A stretch of DNA of 51,629 nt from an uncultured Atopobium sp. (GTDB lineage Bacteria > Actinomycetota > Coriobacteriia > Coriobacteriales > Atopobiaceae), in assembly GCA_946999785.1 (NCBI GenBank), contig CAMQEO010000001.1, forward strand, positions 1-51,629, in the 5' to 3' direction. The translations under genes and the position numbers were made by a program. The notes beneath the pieces were generated by a model. It had not been told where the DNA came from. It did not search any database and was given only the letters and a program-made list of their open reading frames with translations. This document shows, piece after piece, positions 20,833-29,636 of this stretch. Each line of letters starts with the position of its first letter. Within the stretch, counting starts at the first letter, position 1.

Positions 20833-22032
20833 TTGGTGGACGCACAAAAAGAGATAACACAAGCTTGCAACGAAAAAACTCCTATGGCTCAAGCCACGCA
20901 CAGTTTTCAACTTTCATCGCTGCTTTTAATGGCTTCAATAACATGTCTTGCCGTCTTGTCTGAACTTATGCCCTCAGGCGTTTTGCCTGCTATGATAGAA
21001 CATTATTCAATCTCGCAAACACAGGCAGCAGGTCTTGTGGGTGCATATGCAGTGGCTTCTGCAATTTTTGGAATTCCTTTAGTTTCTCTGACGGTATCTC
21101 GCGATAGAAAAAAGCTATTAGGCGTGTTACTTATAGGCTTTGCCGCTTCAAATCTTTTGGTTGCTCTATCACCACAGTTCCAACTTGCGCTTGTTGGAAG
21201 AGCATTGGGTGGTATGTGTGCTGGCACACTGTGGCCCATGATTACGGCATACGGTATGTCGCTTGTTCCTCGCTCATCTGCTGGAAAAGCCGTTGCTATT
21301 ATCATGTCGGGCATAACGGTGGGCATGTCGGTTGGTCAACCCTGTATGACTTGGATTGGCCGTCAATTTGGTTTTCAGGTTGAATTTGCGGTTATGGCGA
21401 TCCTTATTGTGGCAGTTATGGTGCTTTGCATGATGTTTTTACCTCACGTTAAAGGCGAAAAACGAAGCCGAGAAAATTCTCCGTTTACCATGCTTGCCAA
21501 CCCAGGTATTTTGCTGGTCATTGCGCTAACATTTTTAGGAGTTGGCGCAAATTACGGTGTATATACTTTTATTACCACGCTTATTTCTACGTTTCACTAT
21601 CCCAGTGTTGAGCTGGCACAAATTTGGTTTGGCATTGGCTCAATTATTTCGGTTATTCTTATTTTGAGGTTTATTGATACGCGGCTTCATCTCTTTTTAG
21701 TTTTTATGTTTGTGCTGGGCTGTGTAGCTATGCTTGTATTTTATAGCTTACATATCGAAATGGTGCTCCACGGCGCATTCGTTCTGTGGGGCATTGCATT
21801 TGGCTCGCTGAGCAGCATTTTTCAAACTGCTACCGCGCGTCAGGTTCGTAGTGGTACGGCTGTTGCTAATGCGCTTCAATCCTGCTCGTTTAATGTTGCC
21901 ATTATGTTTGGATCAACGACTGCTGGATTTTTGCTCGAAACAGGAGGAATTGAGCCTATTGTCTTAGGGGCATCAGCTATCTTCTTTGTTGGTATGGTGC
22001 TCTCAGTTTGTACGCGCTCATATTTTGCTTAA
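20833..22032 (+). CDS. MFS transporter (DHA1/AraJ-like efflux); true start may be 20884
   Basis: About 12 hydrophobic segments; SELMPSGVLP, DRKKLL, GRALGG, GKAVAIIMSG. Confidence 0.88.
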   Translation: MVDAQKEITQACNEKTPMAQATHSFQLSSLLLMASITCLAVLSELMPSGVLPAMIEHYSISQTQAAGLVGAYAVASAIFGIPLVSLTVSRDRKKLLGVLLIGFAASNLLVALSPQFQLALVGRALGGMCAGTLWPMITAYGMSLVPRSSAGKAVAIIMSGITVGMSVGQPCMTWIGRQFGFQVEFAVMAILIVAVMVLCMMFLPHVKGEKRSRENSPFTMLANPGILLVIALTFLGVGANYGVYTFITTLISTFHYPSVELAQIWFGIGSIISVILILRFIDTRLHLFLVFMFVLGCVAMLVFYSLHIEMVLHGAFVLWGIAFGSLSSIFQTATARQVRSGTAVANALQSCSFNVAIMFGSTTAGFLLETGGIEPIVLGASAIFFVGMVLSVCTRSYFA

Positions 22033-22041
22033 AGCATACAC

Positions 22042-22123
22042 TGGTTTACTTGAACAACAGACGCCTGTATGTCATGCGCGCGTCACACAAGACGTGAACG
22101 TACTCTATGTTCAAGTGTAACCA
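22042..22123. repeat. Imperfect inverted repeat between convergent genes
   Basis: TGGTTTACTTGAACA (22042-22056) ... TGTTCAAGTGTAACCA (22108-22123). Confidence 0.55.
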
Positions 22124-22165
22124 ATTACTTTACTCACAAGTGATTGACGTAAAACTACACGTAGA

Positions 22166-24973
22166 TTATTCGCCCTCTTGAGGCCGCGTCTCTATCGAGC
22201 GTATAATTCCTACCATTACATCATCACCAGACAACAAGCCTAACAGCGTTGCAAAATTGCGCGCTACGGGAAATACCTCGGCATCAAGCGATGCTTTTGT
22301 TCCTTCAAGTACAAATGACGTAATCTCTGGAGTGGGCGCAAGGGGTATGTTGTAGGCTTTAAGCACTGATATAAGCTCTTGTGTATCCATTGCAGAAAGT
22401 GGATGCTCAGTGGTATCAGATTGAGATATGCCTAATTCCGCACGTAATTGTGTAACAAGGCGTGGCATAAAATGCACCGCACATGCAAAACATGCTTGAG
22501 CAGATAACTTGTGGTTCTTTATCATCTTAAGGCGAGCCATGTGATAGTATGCAAGCGCCAAGCTTTCGGGAGCATACGCATAGTGCATGAAGTCGATAAG
22601 CTCATTTCGTGCTTGGTCGTAACGTTCGCAAGCAATGAGGCATTTTATAAGCTGAATGTGAGCCTGCCCGTCAACAGGTGCAATATTTACCAGTTTATAA
22701 GCATATGTAACGGCTTTTTTATAATCTTTTAAGGCAGCCGTGCACACCGATAATCCTAAAAGCATTTCATAATAGGCGTCAGGTACCAGCATCAGCGAAA
22801 CACGATGCGAATCCCACATGTGCTGTTCGTGCTGCATAAAGTCGCGCGCCGTATGTGCATGCGGCAACAGCGCGTCTTTATCAAGCGCGCGGTTTTTGCG
22901 GCGTCGCTCATATTCAATGCGCCCATATTTGCTGTTATAAAGTGCACGATCTATATAGTTATTAAAGTAGCGCCATTTTACCGTTTGTGTATCACGATAG
23001 CTGCCTTTTTTCTCGATATCGGTATATACCGGTGTAAGCAAATCAAGTGCTTGTTGGTATGCTTCATTATTGCAGGCATTGATTGCCTGTTTGGCAATTT
23101 GATTAAGAGTATCGCCGCTTATGAGTTCTTCGGTGATTGCTTGAGTATTATCTGGTATCAAAGCAGCAATAAGCTTACGTGCGCAGCGTCTGCACGCTTC
23201 CGTAATGCGCGGATCAACTTCATTTTTGCCACATTCCAGAATAATCTGTACTTTGTCTGAGCAGCTTAAAGCGCCAGTTGTTTCCTCGCGTGCGAGTTTT
23301 TCTGCAACACGTGCTGCAAGTTTTTCGAGGCATTCGTTTTCTTCGATTGCTAAACCCGAGGCATGTCGACAACCAAATACGCGCTGTTGTTCTTTGGATA
23401 AGCGCGTATTATTGTTCAAGAGCACGTCGTAGCGTTTGGAAGGACAAAAACGCGTTTCGTCTAACGAAAATGTTTGTTCAATTGGATGCAACATGTTGTC
23501 AGAAATATGCATTTCGGGCACAAACTGGTGGTAGATGTCTTGTAGCTCATGTGTATCACAAAGTTTGTCAAAGTCTATGGTCAAAAAGCGTGCTTTATCA
23601 AAATCTACCGAAAGCAAGCAAGAAGTGCTGCCGTTCTGCTTTTTGCGCGCGGCAATCCAAACATGTTCAATACGGTCAGAACTTGCAAACGCAACACCAG
23701 CAAGCAGTAATGCAAGACGAAGTGTATAAGCACTTGCCAGGCACTTTTTATCGCTGATTGAATTTTTATGAGGAAGATGGTTTACAAAATCATAATCGGG
23801 AAATACATGAGCGTCCGTGACGTCAAATTCAAGAGCAACATTGCCATCTGCAACATTGGTACGAAAATCAACATGGAGACGATAGGGGAGTCGTAGTGCT
23901 TCAACAGCATAGGCTATACTGCGACGTACCACCCACTCGGTATTGGGCACTTCACCTTGGGATTTACCCAACATTGGCTTGATACGCGCAAGCTCATGGG
24001 CAATTGAGTTGGTATATGTGTCTAAAACCGCGTGAGCCTGTTCTTCTGTAAATTCCTTATCTTGAAAATGCTCAGCTAAAATAAGTGTTGCGTTAAGCGC
24101 AGCTTCTGCTTTTTCTACCGCACGTAAAGCCTGAGTTGTTAGATTTTTCCCTGACGTACGAATGTAGAAAAAATTAGACGGCTGTGGACGAACAATACGC
24201 ATTTCGGTAAGTGAGAGTTTATCTGAAAAAATACCCGAATCCATAAGCTCGCACGCTAAAAACCATGCAAGACAAGAAGGCTTTTGAGGTGATTTTGCAG
24301 GCGATTCGTCTTTAAGATAAGAGTTATTTGAAAGTGTAGAGAGTTTGAGCAACTGCGTTTCTTGGCCCGTTTCGTCGCAAATTACGGTTTTTTGAGCGGA
24401 TGCACTTAGGTTATTTTGCATGTGATCAACACCGCGCTTTAATTGAGCAGAATCCCACAGAGCGCGCTTGTCTTTGACATCTTGCGCAAAGAGTCGCAAT
24501 GCTGCAATTCCATCGGCTGTATGGAGTAGCTTTGAGGTAAAGTCATCTAGATCAAAAGGTTCAATCTTTGCTTGAGCCAAGTTAATGTGTTGAACCAGCG
24601 CCTTTGTTTGTCGTGCGTGATCCTGTGAGTTGTCTTGGGTGTCTGTTTTTAGTGCAGCTGCGCTTGCCGCTTTTGTTGCAAGCTCGTCCGCCCCTGTTTT
24701 TGGGGAATTTGCCATGTGTTCTGCACTTGTCGTGACTGAACTATTTACATCGGCAGCCAAAGCTGCAGGAGTTGTTAAAAGTGCATCATTCGCAGTGTCT
24801 TTGTTATTAGAAACAAAATAGTATATCCAGCACGCGGCAACCAAGGCATAAGCCAGCGCTGCAATGTATCCGCATAACATGTTTTGTCCAAAAAGAGCGT
24901 CTGCTAAAAAGAGTAAACCACCAGGAAGAAATATTACACTTATGCAGATGCACATTTCTTTAGTTATTTTCAT
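22166..24973 (-). CDS. Large membrane-anchored hypothetical protein with C-terminal TPR-like repeats
   Basis: ATG at 24973 after GAAAGG; two N-terminal hydrophobic helices; TPR-like helices (DYKKAVTYAYKLVNIAPVDGQAHIQLIKCLIACERYDQA; LAYYHMARL). Confidence 0.8.
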   Translation of the reverse strand: MKITKEMCICISVIFLPGGLLFLADALFGQNMLCGYIAALAYALVAACWIYYFVSNNKDTANDALLTTPAALAADVNSSVTTSAEHMANSPKTGADELATKAASAAALKTDTQDNSQDHARQTKALVQHINLAQAKIEPFDLDDFTSKLLHTADGIAALRLFAQDVKDKRALWDSAQLKRGVDHMQNNLSASAQKTVICDETGQETQLLKLSTLSNNSYLKDESPAKSPQKPSCLAWFLACELMDSGIFSDKLSLTEMRIVRPQPSNFFYIRTSGKNLTTQALRAVEKAEAALNATLILAEHFQDKEFTEEQAHAVLDTYTNSIAHELARIKPMLGKSQGEVPNTEWVVRRSIAYAVEALRLPYRLHVDFRTNVADGNVALEFDVTDAHVFPDYDFVNHLPHKNSISDKKCLASAYTLRLALLLAGVAFASSDRIEHVWIAARKKQNGSTSCLLSVDFDKARFLTIDFDKLCDTHELQDIYHQFVPEMHISDNMLHPIEQTFSLDETRFCPSKRYDVLLNNNTRLSKEQQRVFGCRHASGLAIEENECLEKLAARVAEKLAREETTGALSCSDKVQIILECGKNEVDPRITEACRRCARKLIAALIPDNTQAITEELISGDTLNQIAKQAINACNNEAYQQALDLLTPVYTDIEKKGSYRDTQTVKWRYFNNYIDRALYNSKYGRIEYERRRKNRALDKDALLPHAHTARDFMQHEQHMWDSHRVSLMLVPDAYYEMLLGLSVCTAALKDYKKAVTYAYKLVNIAPVDGQAHIQLIKCLIACERYDQARNELIDFMHYAYAPESLALAYYHMARLKMIKNHKLSAQACFACAVHFMPRLVTQLRAELGISQSDTTEHPLSAMDTQELISVLKAYNIPLAPTPEITSFVLEGTKASLDAEVFPVARNFATLLGLLSGDDVMVGIIRSIETRPQEGE

Positions 24974-25253
24974 ATAAAACCTTTCGTAGTTACTCTTTAG
25001 TATAGCTTGTTTATACCCATTCGTATTGTTTGAGTGCATTCATTTTAAGGTATGAGATAAGTCTTTGTAGAGATAGTGGCAAGTGTTTGTAAAGATGATG
25101 ATGGAATGGGTTATGGACAGGTGAGCTGTAAAGCTGAATGTATACTTAAAATAATATCTTCGACTACACCCTCAAATTGATTCGTCCGTACTATTCAGAT
25201 ATATGTTTGAATGAGGCTGTGTGTTTGCTATCGCTGATGTTAAATTGCACAAC

Positions 25254-25275
25254 GCGCCAACTAGGTGCTTTTTTT
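25254..25275 (+). terminator. Short hairpin plus T-tract upstream of the Cys-rich ORF (weak terminator or attenuator)
   Basis: GCGCC-aacta-GGTGC-TTTTTTT. Confidence 0.4.
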
Positions 25276-25301
25276 GTCTAGTATACGTAAGAGAGGTTAC
25301 C

Positions 25302-25559
25302 GTGCACAGTATAGATTATCTGTTATTGCTCATTATTGGAGCCGTGATGGTTCGCAGTATATATCACATTGCGCGCAGCATGACAGGTGCGTGCGGATCG
25401 TGTGATATTAAAAAATCCTGCCCTGCGCATGCTGGTATCTTAAGCAAAAATTCGGGTCAAGCACAATGTCCCGCCGCGCAAGCTATGCTTATTCATGCAG
25501 ATAAAGCACTTGCAGAGCGAAACTTTAATACGCCTTCACAATCAATCTCTTCGCATTAA
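25302..25559 (+). CDS. Small Cys-rich single-TM protein (FeoB-associated Cys-rich membrane protein-like), 85 aa
   Basis: GTG 25302 after GAGAGG; TM helix YLLLLIIGAVMVRSIYHI followed by GACGSCDIKKSC and a fourth Cys. Confidence 0.65.
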   Translation: MHSIDYLLLLIIGAVMVRSIYHIARSMTGACGSCDIKKSCPAHAGILSKNSGQAQCPAAQAMLIHADKALAERNFNTPSQSISSH

Positions 25560-25829
25560 GCGCGCCTGCGTCGTTTTATAGAGTATGTACCTAACAGGCG
25601 AAATTTGCCTGTGTATCTCATGTCTCATTATTTCTCATTAAGCGTTTGTTGATAGTGTATCTAGACACCAAAATTCGTATGGGAAATATACGTTGAAAAG
25701 TGCGTGCACATCATTTTTGCGGATATAAATTGTGTTATCTGTTTACTTTTTCGCAAAAGACATAAAAATACATATTCTTCATAGCACGATTGTGAGAAAC
25801 TAACACAAATACCGATTGAGGAGGAACGT

Positions 25830-27188
25830 ATGGGTGATGATCGCAATATCGATTTTGTTTTACGCACCGTAGAAAAACGCGGTATTCGTTTTGTTCGCCT
25901 TTGGTTTACCGATGTGTTGGGAAAGCTTAAATCATTTTCTATTGCGTCTGAAGACTTGGAAGAGGCTTTTGAAGAAGGAGTCGGATTTGATGGTTCGGCA
26001 GTTGAGGGCTTTGTTCCGCAAGAAGAGTCTGATATGCTTGCGTTTCCCGATCCAACTACGTTTCAAATTCTCCCATGGCGGCAATCCGAAAACGAAGGCG
26101 TAGCACGTATTATCTGTGATATTAAGACGCCCCATCGTGATCCATTTGAAGGCGATCCGCGTTCTTGTTTGCGCAGGATTTTTGCCGAAGCAGAATCTAA
26201 AGGCTATATCCTAAATGTTGGTCCAAAGATTGAGTATTTTTATTTTGACCGCTCTAATGTGGACGGCTCTTTACTTCCAAAAACGTTGGATACAGCTGGA
26301 TATTTTGATCTTACGGCATCGGACTCTTCAACCGATCTTCGTCGCTCAACAACGCTTATGCTTGAGCGTATGTCTATCCCTATTCAATATTCCTATCACG
26401 CACCCGCTCCTTCGCAAAATAGCGTAGAGCTTCGCTATACCGAGGCCATAAGCTGTGCTGATAATATTATGACAGCGCGTTTGGTTATTCGTCAGCAGGC
26501 GTTTGACAATAATTTAATTGCATCATTTATGCCTAAGCCATCTACCGAAATTTCGGGTTCAGGCATGTTCTTATATCAGTCACTGTTTGATAAAGAGGGC
26601 AATAATCTATTTTGGGCTCCAAAAAAAGAAAATATTGCTCATTTAACGCCTCTCGCTCAACACTACGTTGCAGGACTTTTAAGATATGTGCCTGAATTTA
26701 TGCTTATCACTAATCCAACAGTTAATTCCTACAAACGTCTTGTTGCAAATGGAGAAGTTCCGGTATACACAACCTGGGGTCGCAAAAACCGCTCTGCGCT
26801 TGTGCGTGTTCCTATGCATAAGCCTGGAAAACATCAGTCAACACGTATCGAACTTAGAAATCCCGATCCTACTGCAAATCCTTATCTTGCGCTTGCCATA
26901 TCTTTAGCAGCGGGTATGCGCGGTATCGAAGAAGAACTTCCGCTTGCACCCGAGGCTCCCATGAAATTGGATACCTTGAGTCTTGCAGAGCAAAAGGCAG
27001 CTGGTATTCATCGTTTGCCTAAAAATTTGGGTGATGCTATTGATCTTTTTGAACAAAGCGATTTCTGCCGCGGTGTTTTGGGTGATCATCTGTTTGAGTA
27101 TTTACTTAAAGAAAAACGTCGTGAATGGGATGAATACTGTTCTATTGTCACCGATTGGGAACGTAAAAAATGTTATGTAGGCGTCTAG
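25830..27188 (+). CDS. glnA: Type I glutamine synthetase homologue with substituted metal ligands (probable pseudoenzyme)
   Basis: FDGSAVEGF, EESDM, FMPKP, NSYKRL, NRSALVRVP, RIELRNPDPTANPYL retained; GPKIEYF, YHAPAPSQNSVE and GSGMFLYQS replace GPExEFF, HHEVAPxQHE and GSGMH. Confidence 0.9.
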   Translation: MGDDRNIDFVLRTVEKRGIRFVRLWFTDVLGKLKSFSIASEDLEEAFEEGVGFDGSAVEGFVPQEESDMLAFPDPTTFQILPWRQSENEGVARIICDIKTPHRDPFEGDPRSCLRRIFAEAESKGYILNVGPKIEYFYFDRSNVDGSLLPKTLDTAGYFDLTASDSSTDLRRSTTLMLERMSIPIQYSYHAPAPSQNSVELRYTEAISCADNIMTARLVIRQQAFDNNLIASFMPKPSTEISGSGMFLYQSLFDKEGNNLFWAPKKENIAHLTPLAQHYVAGLLRYVPEFMLITNPTVNSYKRLVANGEVPVYTTWGRKNRSALVRVPMHKPGKHQSTRIELRNPDPTANPYLALAISLAAGMRGIEEELPLAPEAPMKLDTLSLAEQKAAGIHRLPKNLGDAIDLFEQSDFCRGVLGDHLFEYLLKEKRREWDEYCSIVTDWERKKCYVGV

Positions 27189-27262
27189 CTTTAGGTGTTT
27201 CGGTGTGCATTGACCATATAGATGCAATTACGGTGTATTAAGGGGTTAAGGGAGGATATTCA

Positions 27263-27937
27263 ATGCATCATAAAAATGTCTTGCTGGTAGCTCATACTAA
27301 ACGATGCGTGGCCAGTATGCAGGATTTAAAGCAGGCCTTGGATGTATCTATTTTGTCTTCTACACCGCAAACGATTCATCGTGCATTTGATTCGGGTCAC
27401 GAATTTGATCTTATCATTATTGATACGCTCGATCTTGATGTTGCTTTGCTTAAAACTATTGAATCTGCAGGTGTTGAACACGGCGCGTCCGCTTTGCTGC
27501 TTATTCAAGATCAACGTAATTTAGATAAACTGTATATTCCTAAACATATAAACTTTGACTTCATTTTGCCAACCGCACTAAGTGCGGAGTTTCAAATTAG
27601 ATGTGCGCTTTTGTTATGGACTGGCGAAGAGATTGAACCAACGGACGAAGTATCTGTAGACAATATGAGCATCAACCTTGCTACGTATCAAGTTTGCATA
27701 GATGGTAAGCCTGTAGACTTAACATTAATGGAATATTCTCTTCTTTCATTTTTAGTTACTCATCCTGGGCGTGCATATTCGCGCGAAAAACTTTTGCATC
27801 AGGTATGGGGCTTTGAATACTGCGGCGGTACAAGAACCGTTGACGTTCATATACGTCGTGTTCGTTCTAAAGTGGGACCTCAGATTGCTTCTCATATTGC
27901 AACGGTTCGTGGAGTGGGTTATCTCTTTAAATCATAG
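27263..27937 (+). CDS. glnR: OmpR-family orphan response regulator with atypical receiver, GlnR-like
   Basis: DNA-binding domain HPGRAYSREKLLHQVWGFEYCGGTRTVDVHIRRVRSKVGP closely resembles actinobacterial GlnR; receiver lacks the N-terminal acidic pair and conserved Lys (DFILPTA); no kinase nearby. Confidence 0.8.
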   Translation: MHHKNVLLVAHTKRCVASMQDLKQALDVSILSSTPQTIHRAFDSGHEFDLIIIDTLDLDVALLKTIESAGVEHGASALLLIQDQRNLDKLYIPKHINFDFILPTALSAEFQIRCALLLWTGEEIEPTDEVSVDNMSINLATYQVCIDGKPVDLTLMEYSLLSFLVTHPGRAYSREKLLHQVWGFEYCGGTRTVDVHIRRVRSKVGPQIASHIATVRGVGYLFKS

Positions 27938-28099
27938 TTATCAGCCAATGGCAAGTTTTGTATAACATGAGATGAGTGTGTGTCAGTTTTATATGAAAGT
28001 ATACATTTAACCGATTATGTATATAGTTCATATATACCGACAACCTCTTAGTTATTGTTTTGAGGCATATGTGTGTCTCATGAAAAGAAAGGTGTTGCA

Positions 28100-29623
28100 A
28101 TGAATAATGAATTGGAGCATCCTCAACACGTAAATCCAATCGCGCCTCGTTTAGACTCTTCACCAACAGATGTTATGGATCCTGTGGTATCGCATTCTCA
28201 ACATGAACCTACCGAACAAGGTACTAAGACACCTTCTGTACCACATGTTTCGGATCGTGTTGCAGATACGGCTGTGGCTCCACAAATTTCGGCTTCAAGT
28301 GCTCATGCGCAAAACCCATGTGCTCATACAAAGCCTGATTCGTGTACATCTGATACTGTGAGAAAAAAACATCACGTGCGCTTGCGTTTAGCAAAGCTTG
28401 GACTGGCACTTATTCTTGTTCTTGCGGGTGCAGGCATTGATTTTGGTGTTCAATATTACATGGCTTCCACGCGCGCACACAACTCACAGGGTAATTCTTC
28501 GCCCTTAACTATAGACGCGCATGATCAGGACACATCAGTTGCAAAAGCTGCAGCTGCTAAGGCTCTTCCTTCGGTTGTTTCAATTGGAGTGCAAAAAGCA
28601 CAGGGTTCAGGCGTTGGTTCGGGTGTCATGCTTGATAGCGATGGTAATATTCTTACCAATTATCATGTTGTTTCTAATGCTCAAGCCGTTTCGGTTACTA
28701 TTGCTAACAAAACGTATTCCGCAAAGGTGGCTGGTTCGGATCCTTCAAGCGATATAGCTGTAGTTAAAGCCGATTTGGAAGGCGATGAAGTAACGCCTAT
28801 AGACGTTGCTGATTCAGACAAGCTTTCTGTTGGCGACTGGGTTATGTCAGTAGGCAGTCCTTACGGTTTAAATCAGTCTGTTTCTGCAGGTATCATTAGT
28901 TCCCTTGCACGAAACCAATCGTTGCGTACAAAGTCGGGTACAACCTTATATACCAATTTAATTCAAACGGACGCATCTATTAACCCCGGTAATTCTGGTG
29001 GAGCATTAGTTAATGCCAAGGGCAAGCTTGTTGGCATATGTACGCTTTTTTCTTCTACCTCGGGTGCTTTTTCTGGAATTGGTTTTGCTATTCCGTCTAA
29101 TTACGCTATGAAAATTGCTCATAAAATTTTAAACGGCGAAAAAGTAACGCATGCCTATATTGGCCTTACTATGCAGACCATTAACGCACAAAATGCATCT
29201 CATTATCGTTTGCCCGTTACCGAGGGTGCCTATGTTGCTGATGTCGCCGCGTCAGGTCCTGCCGAAAAAGCAGGTATCAAAAAGGGCGATATTATTACTG
29301 CCGTTGATGATAAAGAAATTACCTCGGCGGACGCAATGATTTTGAATGTAAGATCTCATGAAATTGGTCAAACAGTGCGCGTTACGGTTTGGCGTGATAA
29401 AGAGAAAAAAACATTTGATGTAACACTTGGATCGGATGAAGCATTGCAGCAGCAACAAAACACAATGCAAAAGCAACAGTCACCCAATGCAGACCCTTTT
29501 GGAACTCCCAAAACCAATGAGAATGATTCCGATGATTCTGACCAAGATGAACAAGGTACACCAAACCAACGTAAAAAGCTTCAACGCTTAAAAGAGTTCA
29601 TTATGGACCTCAATAATTTATAA
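28100..29623 (+). CDS. htrA: HtrA/DegP membrane-anchored serine protease with PDZ domain
   Basis: Triad motifs LTNYHVV, SDIAVV, INPGNSGGAL; TM helix; PDZ (GPAEKAGIKKGDII). ATG 28100 after AAAGGTG. Confidence 0.93.
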   Translation: MNNELEHPQHVNPIAPRLDSSPTDVMDPVVSHSQHEPTEQGTKTPSVPHVSDRVADTAVAPQISASSAHAQNPCAHTKPDSCTSDTVRKKHHVRLRLAKLGLALILVLAGAGIDFGVQYYMASTRAHNSQGNSSPLTIDAHDQDTSVAKAAAAKALPSVVSIGVQKAQGSGVGSGVMLDSDGNILTNYHVVSNAQAVSVTIANKTYSAKVAGSDPSSDIAVVKADLEGDEVTPIDVADSDKLSVGDWVMSVGSPYGLNQSVSAGIISSLARNQSLRTKSGTTLYTNLIQTDASINPGNSGGALVNAKGKLVGICTLFSSTSGAFSGIGFAIPSNYAMKIAHKILNGEKVTHAYIGLTMQTINAQNASHYRLPVTEGAYVADVAASGPAEKAGIKKGDIITAVDDKEITSADAMILNVRSHEIGQTVRVTVWRDKEKKTFDVTLGSDEALQQQQNTMQKQQSPNADPFGTPKTNENDSDDSDQDEQGTPNQRKKLQRLKEFIMDLNNL

Positions 29624-29636
29624 GCAGGAATCTCGT

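Noticed and set aside
25590..25810. GlnR boxes upstream of glnA (inverted repeat ACAGGC-N7-GCCTGT, TCTCAT x3, GAAA repeats)
   Set aside because: No clean GTNAC-n6-GAAAC spacing found by eye.
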